Assembly (NCBI RefSeq): GCF_001194135.2
Contig: NC_069008.1
Span: 9,865,229-9,917,443 of the forward strand
Length of the DNA: 52,215 nt
DNA from: Octopus bimaculoides
Lineage: Eukaryota
Direction of reading: 5' to 3'
The notes beneath the pieces are model-generated. The model searched no databases and was not told the origin of the DNA. It worked only from the letters and a program-made list of their open reading frames with translations. Positions 1 to 11,186 of the stretch are shown here, in pieces; within the stretch, counting starts at the first letter, position 1; every line of letters begins with the position of its first letter. Both the position numbers and the translations under genes were made by a program.

Positions 1-1080
1 CTGGCATACACTGCATTCAAAGGTGTGCACAGACATATAGACAGAGTAGTTTGTGGAGGTTTGTTTTCCATGGGTCTGCAAATATGATGTGAGCCCAGCA
101 AAAGAAAGGCATGGTCTGTCACAGACTGTGCACACAAAAAGGTCATTGTGATTCACCTTCTCGATCGTAACATTCTTCCTTAAATCTCTTTTGAGTCTTG
201 CATGTGTTATCCTGGCCTCTTCAAACGCTTTCACTCCACTCCACACTTTTGTTCGCCATCCAGTTCAGTCCAAAGCAAGGGTTTCTATATCCTCTGGATC
301 CATTCCTAGTGACTTCATAGTAGTCCTTACACCGTCCTTAAACCTTTTTTTAGGTTTACGCCAATAGCGTTTCCCTTCTGCAAGTTCACCATAAAACTGT
401 TGTTCGGGCATGTATTCATCTGCCATTCAAACCATATGGCCACACCATCTCATTTGGTTTCTCAAAATCATCGCTTTCATTGAGCTGATGCAAGGACATC
501 TGTGTTTGGAGTAAAAGAACTCCATTTAATGTTTAAAATGCGATGAAGGCATTTTTGGTGGAATTGTTCTAATAATTTAAAACACCTTTCGTAACAAGTC
601 CATGTTTCACAAGAATACAACAGGGATGGTAAGACAAACAATTTGTAAAGAGTTAGCTTTGTATTGTTATTTATATGTCACTGGCACCAAATGCATGACT
701 CCAAGCCACCAAATGCTTTTGCTGCCCTTTGAATTCGCAGATGTATTTCTGTATTAAGATTTCCATCATTTTAAACAGAGCTTCCAAGGTAGATGAACAA
801 ATCGACAACCTTAGTAAATTACCCTTAACAAAAATTTTAGTGGGGTTGCAAACAACATCACATGCAGGTTGATGCATTACAACTGTTTTTCTCAAGTTGA
901 TGGTCAAGCCAAAACCATCACAAGCTGAGTCAAATGCAGATATAAAAGATTGCAGACCTGTTGCAGTATGACTGACAAGATTGCAATCGTCAGCGTATAA
1001 AAGTTCCCTAATGAGCGAAGTAAAAACCTTCATTTTGAATTTCAGTCTAGTCAGATTAAACAAAAGATTGTATTGCATGT
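1..1080 (-). mobile_element. RTE-clade (BovB-like) LINE, degenerate 3' part of ORF2: RT C-terminal half plus C-terminal zinc-finger motifs
   Basis: ORF 671-1078 contains the RT core LIRELLYADDCNLV..GLTINLRKTVVMHQP. The minus strand at 1-130 translates to FVCTVCDRPCLSFAGLTSYLQTH...FECSVCQ (C2H2-like). Stops and frameshifts are present; the element runs off the left edge. Confidence 0.9.
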
Positions 1081-1099
1081 GAGCTTAAGAAATATTCTC

Positions 1100-2185
1100 T
1101 TGATATAGTTGTGCACTCTGAAACTCATCTCTCTGGTGAGAGTCGAGTAAATAAACCTACTTATGGATATACTATCTTTTGGAGAGGACTACCTGAGGGT
1201 CAGTGTAGAGAATCTGGTGTTGGGTTTGCTCTCAAGAATTCATTAGTATCCTCCATTGCAGAGCTTCCAAGTGGTATATCTGAACGAACCATATCATGCC
1301 ATATTAAACTGACAAAAGGTAGGTTTCTTACCATTGTCAGTATTTATGCACCAACAATGTCCCATTGTGATGAAACTGTAGGACAGTTTTATGATGATCT
1401 AGTACAATTATTGAGGAAAGTACCAATTTCTGACAAGCTGGTCATATTGGGAGATTACAACACAAGAGCTGGAAATGGCTACGTTTCATGGCCTGTTTTA
1501 TGTCGACATGAGATTAGAAAATGTAATAAAAATGGAGTAGCTCTTTTGACATTTTGTACTGAGAATAATCTGGTTGTCATCAACACTCTGCTTAAGCAGA
1601 AAAATAAATATAAAACCACCTGAATGCACCCAAGACCTAAGCACTGGCATCTCATAGATTATATTCTGATCAGGAAACGTGATATGAAAGACGTTTCTAG
1701 CGTTAGGGTCATGAGAGGGGCAGAGAGCTGGACTGACCATCATCTAGTGTGTGGAAAAATAGATTTTTCGATAATGCCTAAAAATCGACAGTCTGGTCCT
1801 AAGGTACCCAAAAAGTTAAATGTTGCAAACTTTAAATTATCAAGCAACTTGCAAAGATTCCACAATGCTATAGAAAGTATCAATCTTGACCCAAACAATC
1901 TATGGGAAGATTTCAAAACAAAAGTATTTCAGGCTGCAAGTTTGTCAGTAGGATTTAAATCTCATAAATCTAGTGACTGCTTCTCAGATAGATCAGCAGA
2001 AATTCATGATCTACTTTTAGAAAAACAAGACTTAGGCAATACACTTCTTTCTCAGTCCTTGAACCTCAACTAAAATGAAGCTTACAGAAATCTGAAAGGG
2101 AAAGTGCAGACTGCTCTAAGGAAAATTAAACAGGAATGGTGGAATGATAGAACAAGTTTTTGTATGTGGCAGATGCTCAGGAGCA
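1100..2185 (+). mobile_element. RTE-clade LINE, degenerate APE endonuclease and linker region
   Basis: ORFs 1111-1623 and 1624-2073 carry APE motifs GVGFA, SIYAPT, ILGDYN, TT*MHPRPKHWHLIDYIL and SWTDHHLV. A TGA at 1621-1623 replaces a conserved Trp. The linker LRKIKQEWWNDR is at about 2110-2150. Confidence 0.92.
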
Positions 2186-2189
2186 ATAT

Positions 2190-2520
2190 ATCGTTACAAG
2201 CGTCGCCTTCCAGCACTTGTGCTGGTGGCACATTAGAAAAATCATTCGAGCAAGGTCATTGTCAGTGCCGCTGGACTGGCTCCCGTGCAGGCGGCACGTA
2301 AAAGAACACCTTTTGGGCGAGACTGTTGCCAGTGCCGTGTGACTGGCCCTTGTGCCGGTAGCACGTAAAAGCACCAACTACACTCTCGGAGTGGTTGGTG
2401 TTAGGAAGGGCACCCAGCTGTAGAAACTCTGCCAGATCAGATTAGAGCCTGGTGCAGCCTTCTGGCTTGCCAGTCAAATCGTCCAACCCATGTTAGCATG
2501 GAAAGCGGAGGTTATGATGA
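2190..2520 (+). mobile_element. RTE-like LINE 3' end / tail module C with hairpin tandem array
   Basis: Units with GTGCCGGTRGCACGTAAAA are followed by AGGAAGGGCACCCAGCTGTAGAAAC..CCAACCCATG.TAGCATGGAAAGCGG and a (GAT)n end. The same module recurs at 13310, 22385, 29985, 32742 and 41463. Confidence 0.75.
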
Positions 2521-2527
2521 TATATAT

Positions 2528-2900
2528 AGGTGCAGGTATGGCTGTGTGGTAAACTTGCTTCCCGACTACATGGCTTCAAGTTCAGTTTCAATGCGTGATA
2601 CCTTAGGCAAGTGTCTTCTGCCATAGCCTTGAGTTGAAAAAAACCTTGTGAATGGATTTGGGAGACAGAAAGTGAAAGAAGCATGTCATGTATATAGATG
2701 TGTGTGTGTGTGTGTGTGTGCTTATCTCCCACTATTGCTTGACAACCAGTGCTGTTGTGTTTATATGCCTGTAACTTGGCAGTTCTGCAAAAGAGACCGA
2801 TGGAACAAGTACCAGACTTTGAAAAGTAAGTACTGAGATCAATTCATTCAACTAAAAATTCTTTAAGATGGTGCTCCAGCATAGCCAGAGTAAAAGATAA
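2528..2900 (+). mobile_element. tRNA-derived SINE family A (CORE-like motif, internal TG repeat)
   Basis: Head GGCTGTGTGGTAA..GTTCAG, CORE-like ACCTTAGGCAAGTGTCTTCT, (TG)n and tail GGTGCTCCAGCAT. More than 15 related copies are seen in the window. Confidence 0.8.
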
Positions 2901-2959
2901 AACACACACATATATAATCCAGCATTTAATTCCAGGAGACATTTAACTCCTACAAAAAG

Positions 2960-3285
2960 TACAGATCTCACTAAGTCCGTCACCTGAGCTAAGACTAATA
3001 GGCTCATAGACAACCAAATTACCAAACCCAGATTTTCCAGCCGACGACTGCTGCTCCTGAAAGAAAATATATTCCTAGTCATTAACTTAACAGCTGCTTC
3101 ATCCCAGGTTATATTTGTATTTCTGGGAAAATTACAAATGTAACAAAGGATGAGGTAAATGTTATACAAGGAATATGTTCTCTTTCAGTGGTACTGTTGG
3201 GGTAGAAATTCTAGGGTTGATAACTTCAGTATAACCCTGGGCCTATCAGATTTGGCTCAGGTAATAGATTTACGTTTTTTCATTA
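2960..3285. repeat. Imperfect ~320-bp palindrome (foldback/MITE-like) with exon-like cassettes in both arms
   Basis: The reverse complement of 2965-3075 aligns with 3170-3280 (GGAATAT.TT.TCTTTCAG...GCCTAT.AG..TT.GCTCAGGT). The centre (3093-3150) is also self-complementary. Confidence 0.7.
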
Positions 3286-3350
3286 ACTATATATACATAG
3301 GCATACATCTCTCCCCAACCTCTCTCTCACTATGTGTGTGTGTATGTATG

Positions 3351-3384
<34 letters not shown>

Positions 3385-3539
3385 TATGCACATACACTTA
3401 TATATATATATCTATCTATCTATATATATATATATATATATACACACTGTTGTAGAGAGAGAGAGAATATATATTCATACATTCCGATAAAGCCTGCCTG
3501 CCTCCAGTTAAATATGAATGAATTTCATAATAGAAGAAA

Positions 3540-4260
3540 AAAAGCGACAAATGTTCACACACAACCTTATCGCAAAACTAGTAGCTTTGTGCGTGTATGA
3601 CGATGTTCAGAGATTGTTAAAATTCGTCTTCTGTCTTTCAAACTTTCCTTTTGTGCCTTGCTTCTTCTTCTCTCAGTCTTCTCTCTGCTACTTTTTCGTC
3701 TACGACTGTTGCCGCTGCTACTGCTGGAATTACTTTACACTCATCCCTCTCCTTCATCTTTCTTCCCCCGCCCCATCGCTTCGAAGGAATCCCAGAATCA
3801 AGATAACAGACACGTCGTCGTTCCTACCCAGACATGGACCAACTCGTTCCGGAACTCGAAAACTAGGCGCTACAGGTTCTGTTCGCTTTTTGATTTTGTG
3901 TTTTAGTTTTCATTCTTTCTTCTAGAATTTGTTATTCCTCTATCTTTTTCCCCCAACTCTTCTTAGATATTCTTCTTCAACAACCTTTCAGGTATTGTTT
4001 GATTTCGTCTTTTAAATTCGTCCATCTTCGTTTATTTTGGCCATCTTTTCATACACCCCTTAATAACGTCTTCATCTCTAATTCTTTTATTTCTTTTATC
4101 TTCGTAATGTGTACTCTTTCTAAATCTTGTATTTTCTTCGACTTCTTAGTGTTTTCTTCATAATCTCTACTCGGTGAAGGTAAAGAATACGCACACCACC
4201 CGTTTTCGGCGTAACCCTAACTCTAACCACCGAAAACGTGTGGTGTACGTATTTTTTACC
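3540..4260. promoter_or_regulatory. CpG-undepleted, pyrimidine-rich segment; possible promoter or first exon
   Basis: CpG density is visibly higher than in the flanks. A GC box (CCCCGCCCC) is at 3766-3774. Candidate splice donors are at 3992 (+, CAG|GTATTG) and 3480 (-, AT|GTATGA). Confidence 0.3.
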
Positions 4261-4263
4261 TTC
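4176..4263. repeat. 34-bp inverted repeat with a telomere-like loop
   Basis: GAAGGTAAAGAATACGCACACCACCCGTTTTCGG (4176-4209) matches the reverse complement of 4230-4263 with 3 mismatches. The loop is CGTAACCCTAACTCTAACCA. Confidence 0.9.
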
Positions 4264-4533
4264 GCCCTCTATTTATCTATATTTTTCACTCTTTATTCTC
4301 TTTTTTAATTCTACCTTGTTTCTGTTACATATTTTTTTCTTTCGCCGTCCTCTTCTTTCTATCCCTTTGCATCTTCTTCTATTGTCTTATTCATTTTCCC
4401 GTGTCTTCTTCATCATCCTTTCTTGTCTGTCTCTTTTTCTTTTTCTCTTCAATGTCTCTCTTTAACCAAAACGTCTTCTAACAGTCTCCACTTCTCTTTT
4501 TCTCTAACATACTTTCTCCCTTTCTTGCAATCT

Positions 4534-4534
<1 letters not shown>

Positions 4535-4571
<37 letters not shown>

Positions 4572-5830
4572 AGAATAGTTCAGTTGAGTTGGTTTCTGTA
4601 ATCACTTTCTTTCCACCAACCGTTCGACTCGACTTAGCTCGTCCCGGTCCAATTCTTGTTTATATATTTTCTACCTTTCTGTTCGTCTGTCTTCCGTCAA
4701 TTATCATCTGCCTTTCTTTCATCCTTCTCCCTCTTCCCCATCTATACTGCCTTCCTTTTGATTTCTGACTTTTACTGCCACATTCGCTCAATCTATTTAC
4801 TTACCTACATATATATATATATATATATATACATATACACATACACATATACATACATACATGCATGCATACATGTCGGTAAGCCTCTATCTGTCTATTT
4901 ATCTATCAGTCTGTCTGTCTATCTATTTAGCTATTTATTGATAGATCGATCTACCTCTCTCTTTCTGTATCTATCTATCTCTCCATCTTTCTATATATCG
5001 ATCTATCTGTGTCTGTCTGTCCAACTGTCTATATATCGATCTGTGTCTGTCTATCCATTTGTCTATCTATTCATTTATGTCTGTCTGTCTATCTGCTCAT
5101 TTGTCTGCTCTATCTATCTATCTATCTATCTATCTCTTATTTACCAATTTGTCTCTATAAGCAATCACTTCCACTCACTTATTCTATCACTGCTTACCAA
5201 TTCTCTCTTGTATCTTTCTCTTCATGTCTGCTCCTCTCTCTCTCCCCCCTCTCTCTCTCTCCCATTTTACTAAGTTATTCTTTACTATTTCTTTTTCCAT
5301 GTACCCCACCTCCACCCTTGTGTATCTGTGTGTGTGTACACACACACACACACACAAACACATATATATGTCTACCCATGAAATCTTTACCTTAAGCTCT
5401 TCTCTACCTCTATCTTCGTCTTTTACTCTCTTTAAAACTTTTTTTAACTCTCTTGCATCTTCATACTTCAACATTTCCTCTCTCTCTCTCTTTCAATGTC
5501 TTTCATTGTCTTTCACTTTCTCTCATATTCTTTCATTGCCATGCTCACAAACTTTTTTCGCTCANNNNNNNNNNTATATATATGTATATATATATGTGTG
5601 TGTGTGTGTGTACGTTCGTGTGAACATCCAAGATATATATATGCAACCGCTATGATTCACATATATATACATATATATACGTGTGTGTGTGTGTGTGTCT
5701 GGGGATATATATATATATATAAACACACATACATACATACATACATATATGGTTACATAAGTACGTACCACAAACGTACACATACACACACACACATATA
5801 CACACATATACACACACACACACACGCAGA
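4535..5830. repeat. Compound microsatellite field (CT, TA, CA, TCTA/TCTG, TG)
   Basis: Read directly from the sequence; this explains the YI/SI/LS/HT pseudo-ORFs. Confidence 0.95.
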
Positions 5831-6109
5831 CAAATACAATTTTTTTTTTTACCTTTTTCTTTTAATAGTCATTCTATAAAATTTTCATTTTATTTATTTT
5901 TCATTTCCTTTTCCCTTCTCCCCTTTTCCTACCTCTCATTCTTGTGAACGACTGCCTCTCTTTCCCTGCCTCCCTCTCTCTCTCTCCCTTCCTCCAATTG
6001 TCTTATTTTTCTTTTTCTTCATCTTTACTCTCTTTTCTTTCCCCACGCTTCAGTTGTTAGTTGCTATTTGCCTGGGGAAAAAAAAAGAAGAAAGCCTTTG
6101 AAGTGATTG

Positions 6110-6700
6110 AAATACAAGGCAACAACAACAACAACAGTATTACCAATAGCAACGGCAGCAGAAGCAACAGCAACATCAACAAAGATAGCAGCAGCAATTG
6201 CAGAAAGTCTTACCACCACCACCACAGCAGTTGTTTGGGTTTTTTAATATTATAGTGCAACAAGGAGAAAATATTATTATTATTATTATAATCACTTAGC
6301 TGGTTATGACTTCAACAGCAAGAATATAATTATTGCTTAGATGGATTTGAAATATCAACAACAAAGACAACAGCAACAATGATAAGTGGAATATTATTAC
6401 CATTATTATTGCTTAGCTGGGTATGATACACTTGAAATAACAACAACAACAACAGTAGCAGCAGCAGAGATGTTTTATTAACTTGTCTGGCTTTTTTAGT
6501 GAACTGGTTTCAGGAACAAACAACAACAGCAGCAGCACCAGCAGCAAGCATAAACATGCATAAGATAACAGCAACAGCAGCAGTAAATGACAAGTGTCAT
6601 TACAATATTAGCAGTTTGCCATTCCAAGGGTGATCCAGTTGTAATACCATCACAGTGCATGCAAACAAACAACCAACAACAACAGTGATAGTAACATTGT
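6110..6700. repeat. (CAA)/(CAG)-rich low-complexity region
   Basis: Runs of CAACAACAA, CAGCAGCAG and TATTAT. Confidence 0.85.
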
Positions 6701-7304
6701 CACTTCCCCAGTGTGAAATACATATACTCACATAAATATATAATGAGTATTAAGTATCAAATGATTGTCAACAACCAATTGTAAACATGAGCACAAACGT
6801 GACAACATTAACAGTATAAATAAGCGCTGATTTTTTTCCCCTTGAATCAATGGGGGAGCCTCTACATGGTTACACAAACTGCTGGAAATAGTAGCTGAAT
6901 ATTTCCATTGAATCATCACAGTATACTGTGCTAATTGAGGTAATGACATATTAGATAATGTAGGACTACAAAAAGATGAGTTGGTCATGATGGGAACATC
7001 TCTGATCACAGGTCTGCTCAGTCAAGCTTGATCTTGGGATAAAAGCAAAACAACTACAATAACAACCTGCTAGAAACAGCCTAGAAAGAGTAGCCATATC
7101 TTCCTGATATCACACACATTCTTTTGAAAAGGGAAGGCTATAATAGATAACATAATCTTAGATACATCATCCCTGAAAAATAAAAATTAGATGTTGATAG
7201 TCATGGCTGGAATGTCTTTCATCATATGTCCACTCAATCAAAGTTGACTTGGGACTAAAAAAATCAATAATTACCACCACCATCATCATCTTTAACAACA
7301 ACAG

Positions 7305-7790
7305 CAGCAGTGAACATCAAATGTCTATGAACATCAAACATTGGTTATCATCAACTTGCAGTAGGCATCAAATATTGGTCAAATGGCCTCAGAATAACAT
7401 CCTCCCTTTTTCCAGTCAACTTCAAAGACCCTGAAAATTTGAAATAAGGTTTCATGGGTGTTACTCTTTTCTCCCTAAGAAAAAAAGTTGAGCAGTATGT
7501 GATAGTGGACATTGAACAGCAGTGAACATAAAATATCAATGAACATTAAATGCTGGTCAGCGTCAGTGAGTATCTGTATCAAATGTAAACCAATATTGAA
7601 TGGAACATCCAGCATTGGTAAACAAAAGTAAACATTATCAGACATCAGTGAACATTAAATGCTGGTTAGCATCAGAGAATATCAATATCAATGAAAGCTG
7701 ATATTGGTGAACAACACCCAACATCAGTGAACATCAAATGTCAGTGAACACCAAATGCCAGCCAGCAGTAGTAAATGTCAGATATGTATA
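7305..7790 (+). repeat. Degenerate tandem array of the ~16-bp unit CAGTGAACATCAAATG
   Basis: Variants lie at about 7309, 7325, 7519, 7535, 7645, 7724 and 7741. Confidence 0.7.
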
Positions 7791-8589
7791 TGAATATGAA
7801 GTTGGATGGTCATGGCTGGAATGACTGGTGTGTTCAACAAGAGATGATCCTTGGAGTACTAAACAACAACAGCAGAAGTTTAGAAAGCACATCACCACTT
7901 TCATAATTAGCATAGCGACAATCCCTTTGTCACAACAACAATAATAATATCAACAACAATAATAATATCAACAACAATAAAGTGCCTCAGATTTAACAGA
8001 TGGGTATAGTTGATTATATCAACTCTGGAAGAAGAAGGGAAGGTAACGTTGGCCTACATGAGATTTGCATTCAGGATGTAAAAAGCTGGAACAAATAAAT
8101 AATAATAATAATGATTTCTTTTAATAATAATAATTTATTCTAATTGCCACCAAAGCTGTTTTATATTCATTCATACAATAATAACATTACATAAACTAGT
8201 TGCAGATATTGAGGAGATAGACAAAAGAAAGATATATAAAAAATGGGAAGAGCTAAACAAGTTATACATTTATGAGGACTTGTTAACAATTTAATTATAA
8301 TTTATAAATTTAAAATTTATTTTTATAAGGATATGTTAAAAATTAAACTATTAATATACTTTTGATATTTATTTTTATAAGGAATAAATTAAATACAGAT
8401 TAACCCTATTATTATTTATATATATAAATAAATACAATAGTTTTGTTAAAAAACATAATTTGAATATAAAATGATAACCATTTAGGGTAACCCACCCATA
8501 TATGTTGGAGAACTCACCAGCTAGGTCAGGTCAGAGAACCCCAAGAACCAAATTACCTGCTAAATAATAATAATAATAATAATAATAAT

Positions 8590-8745
8590 AATTATGGTTT
8601 CTGATTTAGGCATAAGGCCAGCAATTTTGAAGAGAGGGGATTAGGCAATATCATTGAATCCAGTACTTGACTGTTACTTTATTTTAATTAAGCTCCATTA
8701 AAAATGAAAGCTAGGTCATACTCAACAGGTTTTGCACTAACAATT
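8590..8745 (-). mobile_element. SINE family E fragment
   Basis: AAGGCCAGCAATTTT..CAGTACTTGACTG.TACTTTATTTT is the reverse complement of the body at 18880-19095. Confidence 0.6.
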
Positions 8746-9748
8746 CATACTCTAAAAGGGAGGTAGCTAAATAACTAAATTTTATCAACTACCATTTTGT
8801 TTGACTCTTGCCTCATGAGAAGTCCTGCTGCAGGAGAAGAACTGAGAGAAATAGTAGCTAAATCTCCTCCAAGTCGTAACTTACTGTCTAATGTATGTAT
8901 TTCTATATATCGGGGTCAAAGAGGGAGATATTTATATGGTAGCAAGACATAATCAAATATAGCAACGAAAAGATCCTCTAATCACACCTTACTGACTTAT
9001 ATATCCAAATTGTAGCTATATCAAATAGAAATAGTTGCCAAGTCTCCTTCAAATCAAACTTAGGTACTTACGTACAAACTAATGAGACAGGCCTCTAATA
9101 TAAATGGCATCCAAATCTTCCTCATATCACATTTTACTGTCTTAAAAAAAGGAGATTGGAAGACTAGGTTAGTTAATGTAAGGTCCTATATATATATATA
9201 TTCCACATAAAAGTTTGGAGCTGGTCATACCTGTATCATCTTTCATCCCACATCTATTAGATTGGAGGATGATATGGTATTGAAGAATAGTAACAACATG
9301 ACAACAGGAATTTAGCTCTTAACAGCATTAAAAACAACAGCAGATCAACAATAGCAACAAGAATAAAGCAACATGATAACAACAACTAACTAATAAAGGA
9401 GCCTGTAAAAGGTCACTTGTCTTGTTAACGCCCTCAAGTTAAACCCTACCATCTTAAAAAAAGAAAAGAGAAGCCATATGACATAGTCCTATATATTCTG
9501 ATAAATTAAAACTTGAAAGATAGGATGATCACATCTGGAAGTCCTTTGATCATGGATCTGCTAGATGAAGGTTCACCTGCTGTTAAACTATTACAATAAA
9601 ACAATAACAATGTTTCTGAGAACAATCAGAGTATTGAAGACTATGGTTTGGAAGTAAAGAATTATGCAGGGATGGATAATATCAACACATTACATAGCTG
9701 GCAAGGGGAGCCACAATATCAGGTAAATGAGACCTCTCTCTTTCTTTG

Positions 9749-9780
<32 letters not shown>

Positions 9781-9808
9781 CACATGCATATATATATATT
9801 ACAAAACA

Positions 9809-10400
9809 GGAAAATGGAAATATTTTGGTATTATTTATTCACGATTACACATGTTTCATTGTTGCTTGTTTCTTTTCGAGCCATGCCTGGCTCATCAGGG
9901 CCAGTTTCCTGGTTTCATTGGCGTATAGATTCCCCACCTGGATGGGACACAGGTCCGTCGCAGGTGAGCTGCTAGATGCAGGAAGAAAGAGTGAGAAAGA
10001 GTGTGGTAAAAGAGTCAGCAGAAGTTCGCCATTACCTTTTGCTGCAACCGTGTGCAGCTTAGGCGTTTTGCTCATAAACACACACATTGCCCAGTCTGAG
10101 ATTCAAACCCACGATCCCTCAATTGCAAGTCCACTGTTCTAATCACTAGGCCATGTGCCTCCACATGTTTCCTTAGCCACTAGCAATTACAAAGGTTTAC
10201 CTGTTAGATAGACATGGAAGGAATTTCCTATTGAAAATTTTTCATTCAGAGGAAAATTTTATATAAAAATTTTCTGTCTGACAACTTTCTAATAGGAAAT
10301 TCCTTACATGTCTATCTAACATGCAAATCATTATAAATCCTATCAGCAAATGAAACCCGTATAATTGAGAATAAATAATACCAAAAAATTTCCATTTTCC
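9809..10400. mobile_element. Palindromic element with ~52-bp inverted ends and an internal 120-bp hairpin, interrupted by a SINE
   Basis: 9809-9860 matches the reverse complement of 10348-10400. An inner stem is formed by 10202-10232 and 10291-10321 (1 mismatch in 31). Confidence 0.7.
9878..10165 (-). mobile_element. tRNA-derived SINE family D
   Basis: The minus strand starts GTGGAGGCACATGGCCTAGTGATTAG (A-box-like) followed by GGTTTGAATC (B-box-like). Related copies are at 22880-23097 and 41925-42170. Confidence 0.8.
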
Positions 10401-10867
10401 TCTTTTGTTATTTAACAACTCTGCAAATAATGTCTCTGTAATTCTCGACGTGTGTTTTGATTTACATACAACACTAACATATTGATTGTGATAATGGAAT
10501 AAGCAGATGTGCTTCAAGAAGAAACAGATAGGATTTACCCTATATGTACATACACATACAACACACACAAGTTGTTTAATAATGATCGGATACAATGCAA
10601 GTAACTAGCACTAGAACAAACGCAACTATTAACTCTATCTTGTAAATTACAAATAAAATGTGTGTGTTCCGATGAAGCTATGTGTTACTCCGGCACTCAA
10701 CTGAGTTCACTGCATCTTATAGCAGAAAGCTAATGAAATTTATATGATAATTGTTATTTCTTTGTCATCTCATTTTCTTATATATATAGAAAGATAGAGA
10801 GATACATACATACATACATACATACATACACATACATGTGCCAGGTGATTCAGGACTCTCTTTAGCA

Positions 10868-11186
10868 AAGGGGTCCTCAACCATTTTTTATCTATCAACC
10901 CCTTTGATCACTATTTTATTCTGGTGGATTCCCCCCCCCCATAACAATTCAATGTTTAAAAACTAGTTTTATAGAAACTTCTCTCAAAATTCCTATTTTG
11001 TTTTTCACACATTAACTTGTGTAGGTTGAACTATGTAAAATGTCAGGGAAAGAAACCTAGCTGTTTCTTGCAATACATACATCTAAAGCAAAATTTTTTC
11101 AGGGGCCTTTAAAATGGATCCTCAATTTACTATTTTGTTGTGTAGACCTTCAAAAATCTTAAATGGACCCTGGCTGAGAACCACTG
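10868..11186. mobile_element. hAT (Charlie/Buster-type) MITE, 319 bp
   Basis: TIRs are AAGGGGTCCTCAACC and GGCTGAGAACCACTG (CAGTGGTTCTCA type). A perfect 8-bp TSD CTTTAGCA lies at 10860-10867 and 11187-11194. Confidence 0.85.

Larger units (their letters stand above)
6880..9610 (+). mobile_element. Cluster of fragments of a further interspersed repeat (family F, SINE-tail-like)
   Basis: The motif GAAATAG(T/C)AGC(T/C)AAATCT(C/T)C..CAAATCA recurs at about 6886, 7087, 8846, 8958, 9028 and 9098. Downstream GATGGTCATGGCTGGAATG..GATCA..TCTGCT and (CAA)n ends are seen at about 6985, 7195, 7805 and 9520. Confidence 0.6.

Noticed and set aside
3159-5879. ORFs rich in YI, HT, CV and LS dipeptides (also 26066-26590, 28721-29487, 33631-34125, 36830-37398)
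   Set aside because: These are translations of (TA)n, (CA)n, (TG)n, (CT)n and (TCTA)n repeats, which lack stop codons in some frames.
10648-10735. Hammerhead-like CCGATGA-AGCTAT..ATAGC-AGAAAG
   Set aside because: The core is altered (CCGA), and there is no AC..GUH helix III or convincing stem I. At most it is a decayed remnant.
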